From positions 1-37,659 of the forward strand of contig LT635939.1 in NCBI GenBank assembly GCA_900128565.1: a DNA stretch of 37,659 nt, written 5' to 3'. The notes below the pieces were generated by a model. It saw only the letters and a program-made list of their open reading frames with translations. It was not told the DNA's origin and ran no database searches. Below, in pieces: positions 1-11,000 of this stretch. Source of the DNA: Stramenopiles sp. TOSAG23-6. Taxonomy: Eukaryota. Numbering within the stretch: the first letter of the stretch is position 1; every line of letters begins with the position of its first letter. Both the position numbers and the translations under genes were made by a program.

Positions 1-77
1 GATTTTTTTTTCGTACGAAATTTTGTACCTAACGAATTTTTTTTGAAATATTTTTCCAAAATCTATAATTGCTGTAG

Positions 78-1045
78 ATGCAATTAATGGTACAAAAGTT
101 GAGGCTACCGCACCATCAAATATTTTGATTCCAGCTGTCTCTACCTCTCAAAAAGATACTTTTAGTTATCAAAATTGTCCTATAGAAGAAGCACACTTGA
201 AAAACACAAAAAATACTTTACAAACGAAATCTAGTCTACAATCAAAAGTTGAAAATGGTAAGGAAAACATAAAAAATAGTAAAAATGGTAAAGAAAATGT
301 CGTTGACGAAGAAAACACAAAAAATAATAAAAATGTAAAGGAAATAGAATGTTTTAATAAAAATGTAAAGGAAAGAGAATGTTTTAATAAAAATGTAAAG
401 GAATTAGAATGTGTTCCGGCCATCAGTGAACTTTTCAAACAACAACATCAGTGGTTATTAAATCAATCAAAAAAGGAAAATCAAAATTCATTAGGTACGG
501 AATTTAATGTAAATTCAATTTCGAATATACTTCTAAAGCATTCACCACTTGGTTGTGTTCCAATATTTACAGTACGTTGTAACACTATTGGAAGTATTAC
601 CTGGCGTTCTGTCGATTTAACAGGTTTGTTCCAAAATTGTTTTTTGTTGAAAGATGATGAGAAAAGACAAAAACGTGCCAAAGAAATTCTGTCATTAGTT
701 ATTCAAATTGATTATGATGTAAAAACTAGGAAGCCTTTTGTATCTGTCTTTGAAAATGATAACTTTTCCGAAAATAAAATTACTTGGTATGAAAAAAAAA
801 ATAACGAAATGTCTAATTTTATCAAAACAAAACAACATATTAAAAAAGCAATCGCAAAACCACTCATTGGAAATGGTTTAAATTGCGCTGCAGAAATTAC
901 ACTTTGGGGTATTTTCCCACGTAAAAGTGTCAGTGTAGACACATGGGAAGATCGAATTCGAAAAAGAACAGAAAAAATGGGTGCAAAGTTTCTTTTTTAT
1001 AATCAAAGTCGAGGTCATTGGGGTTTTTTAGTTGAACACTTTTAA
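78..1045 (+). CDS. Nup98/Nup145N-type nucleoporin autopeptidase (peptidase S59) domain protein; probably the last exon of a gene starting outside the window
   Basis: The translation shows the ordered autopeptidase motifs FTV-x4-IGSITW-x2-VDLTGL, KPLIGNGLNCAAEITL and RIRKRTEKMGAKFLFYNQSRGHWGFLVEHF*. The frame is open from 47 with no early ATG. TACCTAAC (26-33), a T-rich tract and an AG at 76-77 suggest a splice acceptor. No FG/GLFG repeats are visible. Confidence 0.85.
325..412 (+). repeat. 30-nt tandem repeat x3 encoding NKNVKE(I/R/L)ECF
   Basis: aaatgtaaagga..agaatgt starts at 331, 361 and 391. Confidence 0.95.
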
Positions 1046-1393
1046 AAAAAAATTGGAAAAATGAAACTGTTAAAAAATTGAATTCTTTTTTTTTCTTAGT
1101 CTACTTACTATACTATTATTTATTCTATCCCGTCTTGTTTTTCGATAATATCCACTTTAGAAAATATTATTCATACAATCAGTAGTGCTACCGTACGCTG
1201 GTATTATAGTATATGCTATAGAGTGTATATGTTATAACTATTTGGCAGAACATCTACGTACATCTGCACTACAGTGTCTTGCATATAGAATATCAAAGAA
1301 AAAACAAATTAACTGTGTACGTGTGAAATTTTATTTCGTCATGGATACCACAGTACCTGTTATATAGTGTAAGATAACTTCGTACAAAAAAGA

Positions 1394-2365
1394 ATGCCCA
1401 CATCAATGTCTCGTGTAGAGCAAGCTCGTGCTTTGTTTGCTGAAGGACTCATCACAAAAAGGGAATTAGATAAAGTGGTCTTGAATGATTCTACAAAGAA
1501 AAATATTGCCCCAAAACTGGTTGAAAATGAGAAATCTTCAACACAGATTNTTCGTCTGCCAAGAACAACTTTAAATAGTTCAGTGGCTTGTGTAAACACG
1601 ATTCAGTCAAATCCAAGTCATCCAATACACTTATCCTTTGGATTCGAAGATGTTGGTTCAATTTTAGAAATTTATCGAAGTAGAGTAGGTCAATATGTAC
1701 GAGCACGTATTATTGATTGGGATAGTGAAGCTCGTTTACATCGATTACAATATTTAAATAGTCCTTCCAAGTCTTGGTTATCACTTTGGAAACATCGGTA
1801 TAATGTAATAAGTCAAGGTAATCTTATCGATGGCAGAAAACTGAAAATGACAGAAAGTGCACTTATTCGAAAACGTGGAAAGCTAAAGGTCGCAAAGCGA
1901 CTTTTAAATACGATGAATTCAGAAAAAAGAGCTTTATATGGAAGTAATGTGGTCAATTCACGCTTTGGTATTGTTGAGAAAACTTTTACTCCAACAAAAG
2001 AAAGGCCGTTTCAAATTATACGACAAACACATAGAAAAAATACAAAAAATAGAAAACATACAAAAATTAGAAAACATACAACAAATACAAAACATACAAA
2101 AAATGTTGATAAAAATAGAAAAAAAATGATGAAAAAAAATGATGAAATGGAAAGTATTTTTTTATTACACCAGAATGAATCGGACCAGACGAAAATGAGT
2201 ACAAAACTTGATTATGGAAGTAAAAACGTGAATGACGAGTTGCAAAATATTAATGTTGATAAAGTTCATAGTAGAGATATTTTATCTGTGACAAGAAATA
2301 TCGAATATGCAAGTAATGATGACGTAAATGAATTACTAGCTACCCTAAACCTAAACACGAAATAA
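1394..2365 (+). CDS. Hypothetical protein with N-terminal SHOCT-like helix and a Tudor-like domain
   Basis: 323-aa ATG..TAA ORF. ARALFAEGLITKRELD resembles the SHOCT pattern (GxITxxE). VGSILEIY..QYVRARIIDWD...LHRLQY....SWLSL resembles a Tudor-like beta-barrel. Confidence 0.6.
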   Translation: MPTSMSRVEQARALFAEGLITKRELDKVVLNDSTKKNIAPKLVENEKSSTQIXRLPRTTLNSSVACVNTIQSNPSHPIHLSFGFEDVGSILEIYRSRVGQYVRARIIDWDSEARLHRLQYLNSPSKSWLSLWKHRYNVISQGNLIDGRKLKMTESALIRKRGKLKVAKRLLNTMNSEKRALYGSNVVNSRFGIVEKTFTPTKERPFQIIRQTHRKNTKNRKHTKIRKHTTNTKHTKNVDKNRKKMMKKNDEMESIFLLHQNESDQTKMSTKLDYGSKNVNDELQNINVDKVHSRDILSVTRNIEYASNDDVNELLATLNLNTK

Positions 2366-2609
2366 CGCTTTTTTGGCGGTGAGCTGACTTGCAATATATT
2401 GGCCACACACACACACACTTGTAAAGCATGACTCTAACAAAATATAATACGTCACTTCTTATAAATTAAGCTTAAATAAAGTGGCGACGTGAGACTACAT
2501 TGTGAGTATATATAGAATATAAAGCTATTATAGAGCGTATTGTAGTTGGCATACTCCTAGATACTTTTAGTTATTTATTTGTTATAAGCTATTTTGTATT
2601 AATATTCGG

Positions 2610-4272
2610 ATGTCTTCCTCTGTAGTCGTAAAGCTTTATCGAACTGCACTTCGAACTGCACGCAGGTTTGATTTACAGCCAGCATTCAAGGCATTGCTAG
2701 GAGTCCATTCAGAAGAGTGTCTACAAAATGAAATGTCAGAATTTCTACGCGGGGCTTCATATTATCTTCCTAGCAATTGTGACGGAAAGAAGGACACTTT
2801 AAACTCTTCATTGTATGAGAAGGTTCGCGTTGTATTTAGACGTGAAAGTCATAGTACAGATAATTATACTACAGATTTACCTAATGGTACTGACCTGGAT
2901 CTTTATCGAATCTTTGCATTTTTGCGTATTATTAACGCTGCGAAAGAAGTTGGTGAAAATGCAGGTTTAACTTTCAATAAAACTATCAGGACTGACACAT
3001 CAATCGTAAGTGAATTGAACAATATTAAAGACGATAATAATGGTAATATAAACAAGTCATATTATAAGTTAGATGTTACCGCTGCTAAACAAATGAAACA
3101 TCAGAATAATAAGCAATATTTCACTCCAGGAACTCTATTAGTTTCTCATCCAAATTCACAATATGCACCATTTGCAAAGTCTGTTGTTCTTTTGATGCAA
3201 CATGATGAAACAGGTGCTTCTGGATTTATATTAAATGGTGAAAATTCATCAAAAAGTTGTGCAGATTATTTGAAAGAGTCTGTCGAGAAACGTTCAGATG
3301 AAGAAAAAAAAAGTAATTTTTTTGAGAACAAATCTGAAAATGATCAACCATCTGATACTATTGAACGTTTTCGTGATGTTATCAAAAACAATGATAGAGT
3401 AAAAGTATCAAAAGCAATGAAAGCAGTAATGATGCAACATATAAATATGAAGTCATCTGATATAAAAACAACTCTAGAAAAAGAAAATTGTATTGATGAG
3501 AGTAAAACAAAAAATCAAAATGTTGAAAGTGTTGAATCTCCAACTGACTCTGTATTGAAAAAAACGAATTCTTTGCTGGAAAAAACTTTTCCTACTCTAG
3601 GTGGCCCAGTTCCAACGCCACATCCTGGAAATATTACAACTTTACAAACATATTTTGATGATTGTGTGACAACAGAAAAAAATGGTACTAAAGTATTTTC
3701 ACCTAACCCTAACCCTAATGATGATGATACAACAGAAAAAAAGGATACCATAGTATTTTCACCTTCATTTGTGAAACATTTTAATAAAAGTGTTGAAAAT
3801 AATTCAAAATGTCCTTCTGTGTATATGGGTGGTGAATTTTATACAATTGCAAGTAGTTTTGCTAGAAATGAGTCAAATAAATGGAGAACTTTTACAGGCT
3901 ATAGTAGCTGGAAACCAATGCAACTAGAACACGAAATATTTGATGGTTGTTGGATACCATGTGAGTTGAATGATTATTCTGCTTTACTTGATGTCATATT
4001 TGACGAAAACATTTTAGAATACAAAAAAACAGATAAAAAAGTAAAAAATACAAAACATATAAAGAAACATTGTGATATAGATGTTACAGAAAAGAGAAAG
4101 ATGTTGTGGACGACACTACTCACTGAGCTTGGTGGTGAATATCAACATTTTGCAAAGTTACATAATTTAGAATTTCATCACTTTGACTTTTATAGCAGTG
4201 GTGGTGATAATTCATGGTATGAGTATGAAGATATACTGGAAGAATGGGAAGGAGAATTTGATGATGATGATA

Positions 4273-4308
<36 letters not shown>

Positions 4309-4328
4309 GTAATGTCAAAGTCGCTTAA
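2610..4328 (+). CDS. DUF179 (YqgE/AlgH, UPF0301) family protein with N-terminal LYR-like motif and acidic tail
   Basis: Motifs PGTLLVSHP, FAKSVVLLMQHDETGASGFILN, GGPV, FTGYSSWKPMQLEHEIFDGCW and WTTLLTELGGEY occur in DUF179 order. The N-terminus reads VVKLYRTALRTARRF. Confidence 0.88.
4260..4307 (+). repeat. (GAT)n microsatellite encoding poly-Asp
   Basis: Seen directly; one AAT interruption. Confidence 0.95.
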
Positions 4329-4619
4329 TATAATACAGTATGAAAAAAATTCTTTTGAAAAATAAAAAAAAAAGAAACATTATTTTCAAAATTCTAATTT
4401 CAAAAATTTCAAAACCGAAAAATCGTATCCAAACGGATCTCTCTCTCAACCTACTATAGCAGCAGTACAGTGTCTAAGAACACATAATATTGAAGTTGAA
4501 TACACACAACACTCTTATTTTTTTATAAATTCTACAATCATTGCATTGTAAAACACCACATATAGAGATTCTTGAGTGCTAAAATTATTGCAGAAGTATC
4601 TCAAATAAACCTATAGACC

Positions 4620-7600
4620 ATGGAGAAAAGTGTTTTCAAATGTGCTCTTCTAGACAAAACTCAACCTATTTTTAAAGAGTTGCTTTTAGTTGGACGTCCA
4701 AATGTTGGAAACTTTTCAATGTATGCAGAATATCTACAAAAAATATGGGAGACGCGATATTTGACAAATAATGGCCCAAATGTACGCCAGTTGGAAAGTG
4801 TTCTTTCAAACATGCTTGGAGTGAAGAATGTTGTTTTAGTTTCAAACGGCACAGTAGGATTGGAAGTCGTTTTGCGTACTTTTAACTTCCCCCGTGGTGC
4901 GGAAGTAATAGTTCCATCATTTACATTTGTAGCAACGGCACAAGCATGTACTAATGCAGGNTTNANCNTTNGTTTTTNGTGATATNGATCCAAGAACACA
5001 CTGCTTAGACGCAACAAAACTTCGAGGGTTAATTACCCAACAGACTGTAGCAGTTGTCCCTGTACATGTATGGGGGAATGTTTGTGATGTGACTGCTGTT
5101 CGCAATGTATGTAATGAAGCTATTTTAGCGCGGAATATTGACAGAAACAGATGTCCTGATAATGATACAAAAAATATAGACAATGAAAATCACAAAAAAA
5201 TAAAAAGTATAAGAATTATTTACGATGCGGCACACGCTTTTGGTTGTGGTTTGCGTGATGATAAGGGTAAAACTATTCGTGTAGGTAACTTCGGTGATGC
5301 GGAAGTATTCTCATTTCATGCTACAAAGTTTTATAATTCAATTGAAGGTGGTGCAATAGTCACAAATAATAACGAAATTGCTGAAAACTGCCGATTATTT
5401 CGAAATTTTGCCTTTTCAGGATATGATCAAGTAATAGGACCGGGTACTAATGGTAAAATGAGTGAAGTCCATGCTGCAGCTGGTTTAACCAACTTACATA
5501 ATTTATCAACAGTTTTACATGCAAATTTGAGAAATTATGAAGTGTATTCTTCACGAATAGCAAATATAAAAGGATTACTTTTATTTTCACTCGAAGAAAA
5601 TACAAAAAATACAAAATTTCAGAAACACTTTTGCTCCAGTGTATTTTCACAAAAATCTAAAAAATCTAAAAGTTTAAATGCAATATCATTACCTAATGAA
5701 TTACTCAATAATTATCAATACATTGTAGCGCGTGTAGACCCTTTACAATTTGGATTAGATAGAGATGATATAGTGAAATTATTACATGCTGAAAATTGTT
5801 TGGCACGAAAATATTTCTTTCCAGGAGTGCATAAATTTAAAACATATTTAAAAATTGATCCATTTGCTGATAAAAGACTTTTTCATACAAATGAATTGTC
5901 ACAAAATGTCATAACATTTCCTACAGGAACTTCTGTTACTTCAAATGAAATTCATAAGTTGTGTGACTTTTTACAATGTTTACAACGAAATTCAATAACA
6001 GTAAAAGCTCAGTTAAATAAAATTAAAGAACTTTCTACTAATCACAGTACGAAAGTTAAACAAAGTGTAAATTCAATTGAAAAAGATGCAGTTCTAAGTA
6101 GATTATTAAAAACACAAGTAAATCTTTCAACTACGCAGTGCAATATTGAAGAAGACACGGAATTTGAAAATGATAATAATAGTAAGACTATGAACAACAA
6201 TAATACTACAAATGATAATAAAATTGTAGTATATAATATTTTAGTGTTTCCGTGTGGATCTGGAATTGGTCTGGAAATAATTGATGCTTTGTATGGATGT
6301 AAAAATGTTAATGTAATAGGAGCGACATCTACGTGTACTTCACATCATGGATCGCTAGTTCTTAAAAAGGTGTACGAAAATTTACCATTTCTTACAAAAA
6401 AAAAAAGAGCTTGCAGACGCCATTGAAAATATCATTATTGAATCTCAAATTGATTTTATTTTTCCTGCATATGACGTACGTTTTCATCATTCATTTAAAT
6501 TTGTTTTTTTCCTAGATAATTCAATGGTTTCTTACCTAACAATTTTTTTTTGTGTCATATTTTTCATTCTACATGATGCAATTAACTTTTTAGTTGAAAA
6601 TAGGGCAAAATTTAAGAAATTAGGTTGTGATATTTTAGCACCATCGTTAGAAACATGTGATATCTGTAGATCCAAAAAAAAAACTTATCTTTATTTTTCA
6701 AAACATGAGGAAGAAAAAGTGATAACACCAAATGTGTTTGATGTCAGTGATTTAGTAAATGATCCAACATATTCAAGTAACTTTTTGTATCCTTTATTTG
6801 TGAAACCATCAAAGGGTCAAGGAAGCCAAGGTGCAAAAGCAGTGTATAATGATACACAATTGCGAGTTCATTGTAATAATATTAATGAACCTATTGTGAT
6901 GGAAATGTTACCTGGTCCTGAGTATACAGTCGATTGTTTTTCTTGTGCATCATCTGGACTTGTTATAGCATTGCCAAGAAAAAGAATGCGGATCCGAGGG
7001 GGTATTAGTGTTGCTACATCACCGCTTCTTGTACATAATGATAAACAAAAAAATGAAAAGGAAAGTATTTTGTTAAATGAGCAAATTCAAGAAATGGCAA
7101 GTTTCATACATAATGAATTAAAAATGAGAGGAGCTTGGTTTTTTCAAGTAAAACTAAGAAATAATGGTACGGCCGTACTACTTGAGATTGCTCCTCGAAT
7201 TGCCGGGGCAATGTGTTTAAGTCGTGCTAGAGGGGTGAATATGCCTTTGTTAACGATTTATGAAAGACTAGGTCAAAATGTACAATTACTTTTAAATGAA
7301 ACCTCAAACAATCAAGATACAAAATCAGTAATACCTTATGGATGCGGTCGTGGATTAATTGAGATAAGTAGACTTGACAAGGCATACATTAATAGATTTA
7401 CAGTACGTTTATTTAGTGACAGAATAAATGTAAAAAATCAAAATAATCAATCAGCTTTGAGTAGTGTAGCTTATATACCTGATGATAATGAAATTATTAG
7501 CACTTCTATCGGTGCAATTTATGTTGATTTTGATGATACTTTGAACCTAAGAGGAGAATTAAATACAAAATTAATACGAATTTTGTATCAAGGTATAAAT

Positions 7601-7936
7601 TATAATGCTCGTATTGTTTTAGTGACACGACATGGGCGTTCCTTACAGGACAAAACTGCCGCAAGAGCATCTCTTCGTCAAAAACTTGGTCGATTTCGTA
7701 TGACACAAATATTTGATACAATTATACATATTTTAGATGACACGAAGAAGAGTGTTTTTATCGAAAATGATTTGAAAAAATATTCAAAGGATATTTCTAA
7801 AGATTTCGTTTTCGAATGGACATCTATATTTATTGATGATTCATTTGTTGAAAGAAAAGATGTAAGAGATGCGCTTGGTATTCCAGTTTTTGGTATGGGT
7901 CAACTTGATGTTTTGTTAAATGATAAAAATTGGTAA
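4620..7936 (+). CDS. Fusion protein: DegT/DnrJ/EryC1/StrS (DesI/VioA-like) NDP-4-keto-6-deoxysugar aminotransferase + ATP-grasp ligase + HAD-like domain (~1,070-1,100 aa after joining three ORFs)
   Basis: Aminotransferase motifs: LLVGRPN, LTNNGP, EVIVPSFTFVAT, VPVHVWG, IIYDAAHAFG, VFSFHATK (PLP Lys codon 5326-5328), EGGAIVT, GTNGKMSE. The same frame continues through an Asn-rich linker into NILVFPCGSGIGLEI (~6235). After a +1 shift at A11 it reads IDFIFPAYD|DAI, YPLFVKPSKGQGSQG, EMLPGPEYTVD and LLEIAPRIAG (ATP-grasp), then IYVDFDDTL, LVTRH and IFIDDSFVER (HAD). The frame break at 4961-4986 lies within Ns. Confidence 0.85.
6476..6574 (+). other. Putative 99-nt intron (GTACGT donor, TACCTAAC branch-like site, pyrimidine tract, ends AT not AG)
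   Basis: T-rich segment inside an A-rich coding strand. Removing it restores FPAYD-DAINFL. It is in frame and stop-free. Confidence 0.65.
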
Positions 7937-8050
7937 ATTGTGATAAAATTAAAGTTTGTTGATTTAATATTTTTTTTATATATAAAATTATACATAATTC
8001 ATTTAGTTCGTGTTGTATCAAATATTTACTATGTACTAGTAAATATCTTC

Positions 8051-11000
8051 TTACGTAATTTTCATTTTTTTTAATCTGTCAAACTCTAACCTCCACTTTT
8101 CATTATGAATCACACGAGTATCCACCCAATCGTTGAAACCAGAGTCTTCCTCATCCATTACATCACATAATTGTAATAAAACACGAGGTTTCAGCATCGT
8201 TTTATTACTATTGTTACATTCTATTTTATTCGCATTCATCAGGTGTAATATATATGAAAGTAATTTATACTGTTTTTTACTATACATATTATCCTCATTA
8301 GTAGTAGTAGTAGTGCAAGCTAATTTTTCACCATCACTTGCTATTGCATGATCATTTGATAGACCTGCTTCATTCATAAATACACTCAAACGATTCATTT
8401 TCCTATTCTTATATTCTTTTTGTAAAAAATCAATTGATGTAAAGTCATAGACATCACAATCATTCAATTGATAAAGACTATCATCACCATTATCATCATT
8501 ATCATCATTGACATCATTCAATAACACGTGTAATAATGCATTCCAAGATAAAGCTGACGGAGAAATATGACACAAATACAAATAAGAAAATATTTCTATT
8601 GCATAACGAGAGCATTGAGCATTATATATCATTAACGTGAACATTTCACTTGTTGCATTACCATTTTTTACCAATTCGAAAAAAAAAGTATGGGCAAATT
8701 TTCTACCCCACCCATTAGACCCAGCTACATGCAATAATTCACTTATTTTTTTCGTACGATTTTTTTGTAATAAAATTAAGGTCGATGATAAAACTGGTTC
8801 ATGATGTAAATCAAGTATCCTTCTATTTCTATCATCTACAATAAATTTTGTAGAAGACAGTACAGATGGATCAATAGAAGTATATTTTTCTAATCTCAAA
8901 GCTACAGCAGTTGCTTTCTCATACTCCCCCCATAAACAAAAATTATGTATTATTGTATTGTATGTCATACAATCGTATATCGAATATTTTGTTAATAACC
9001 TATACAGTCGTCGAATGTCACGATCTAAAAAACACGAATTCGCCATTATTTGACATAAAATTGAGTTACATTCATTATTTTTTACCATTCGATCAAAGAA
9101 TTTCCAAGCCTCTTTTCGTGCATAAAAGTCAGTTGATGTAGTATGACTTGCACCTTGTAAATCACTACTACCGAGTAATACGGACAGTTTTGTGCTCTGC
9201 CATACGAGAATATCATCCTTTGTATTTCGTGTCTTTCGTATATTTCGTATATTTTTATTTTGTTTTGTACTAACATTAAGTATACCAAACATTTCCTTAA
9301 TATAATAATCATAATTATGTATATTTTCCATATTTGTAATCTCCTCTTTCATAATTCCGGTATTATCATTACCAATATTATCATTACCAACAGTACTATT
9401 TTTTNCTANTTTNTTNTTTTNTTTTCCTCATCAAAAAAAGATTGAAAATTGCGATATCCATCACGTAGACATGTTTGTTCCACTGCATCCAATAATAAAT
9501 CATGTACTAGATATTCACTTGGTATATTTTTTTCACAATGAAAAAATAATTGTATTGCAATCTTTCCAGAGGGAGAGGTTTCAATTATATCAATAACATC
9601 ATCAAATACATTGTTTTCACTTTTTTCGTGTTTTTTATATGAAATAGTAGAGTTTAACATTGCACTATAATATTGAAAAATTTGATTTTGAATTTGTTGA
9701 ATATATTTTGGTGTACTTCTCGTTTTCATTAAATCATGCCCTGTTGTACCTAATATACCTAGTAATTCATTTATTAATATTTTTCTATAATAATTCATCG
9801 AATTTGGTATATATTGCAATTGTATCGCGGCATCTAAATATTTACTATTTTCAAAATTGGAAAATGTATTATTTTCGGAAAAAATAGGGTTGATCGTATT
9901 TTGTTGATATTCTTTGGCAGTTTTGTATCTACCTTCAAAATACATTCTCATTAAAACAGTTGCAAAAAATCTTGCATCATTTTGTATAGTAGGTATTCTT
10001 TTTTGCAGTTTTTGTAATATATTAGATGCTTGCAATGAAGTAATACATGCATTTGTATGAAGCATATTATAATATATATCATTATTATTACTATTATTAT
10101 TACCATAAGTAGTATTTTGCGTATTTAAAATCAGAAATTTTTCAAATAAATTCCATAATCGAAATTGATATTTTAATCGATTTGACCAACATCCTTCGAT
10201 GTGATCATAGTTACCAGGTATCCATTCCTTCGAAGAAGGTAAACTATTGCTATACTCACTCCAACGTGGATATACACTTTTTTCTAATAATTTCTGTACG
10301 GCTGAATTTCTCAACTTATTAATTTCAATACTTTGCATTTTTACATTCTTTTCAGGTTCACAAATATTTAATAAATAATCTGTATATGAATTTGGTATAG
10401 CAGCCATATTCTGACCAACAACAAAAGCACCTGATAGATCCCCATTAACAATTAATAATTCTAATAAATAGTTATAGACTTCAGTCGATAGAAATGATCC
10501 ACGTTCAGACACGAAATATTGTATGTTTTTTTGTGTTGATTCGAAATCATGTAACAAAGCTTTTAAACGGTAGTGAAGAATTGTTGCAGAAACATCAAAA
10601 TTCAGTTGAGTGGATCGATTCATATTTGATATAGGCTGCATTAAATGTGAATGGTCATAAAACATATTTTCAGCTTCAACACAACTTAAGCCGGAAAATT
10701 GAATATTTTCTGTATGAGATGAATACAAATCACGAAATCTCCTTTTTTTTGTGTTCGATAAAAATTGACAAAAACCCTTTGACATATACAAAATCTTATT
10801 TTTCTTATTTTCTACAGGATTATGTAAAAATTGCAAAAGAAATTGCATTCTCTCCATCGATATCTGTTGACGCATTTGTACTTGTGGCATATTTCGTCTT
10901 CGATTTTGTTTTTGTGTCATATTTCGTGTTTTATCTTGTACTCGCTTTTGTATATTCAAAATAGCTCTTTCCACATCAATGACTTTATTAGTATTCATTG

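Noticed and set aside
1043-1052. TAA merged into an A-run (also 37561-37570) as a retrocopy or polyadenylation-created stop
   Set aside because: The stops are genomically encoded, the A-runs are short and common in this AT-rich DNA, and no target-site duplications are evident.
3702-3718. Telomere-like CCTAACCCTAACCCTAA (shorter similar words near 2343, 17565 and 19794)
   Set aside because: Only 2-3 units, in frame within CDSs (PNPNPN); insufficient for an interstitial telomere.
4961-4986. Frameshift or pseudogenisation in the aminotransferase
   Set aside because: It falls in a cluster of Ns and motifs continue on both sides, so it is assembly ambiguity.
6524-6574. Signal peptide or TM anchor at the start of ORF 6524-7936
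   Set aside because: It is the translation of the T-rich intron-like segment; ATP-grasp homology begins upstream at ~6235.
9353-9421. Stop codon separating two minus-strand genes
   Set aside because: The stop lies in an N-rich A-tract and the downstream frame is already open; treated as one gene.
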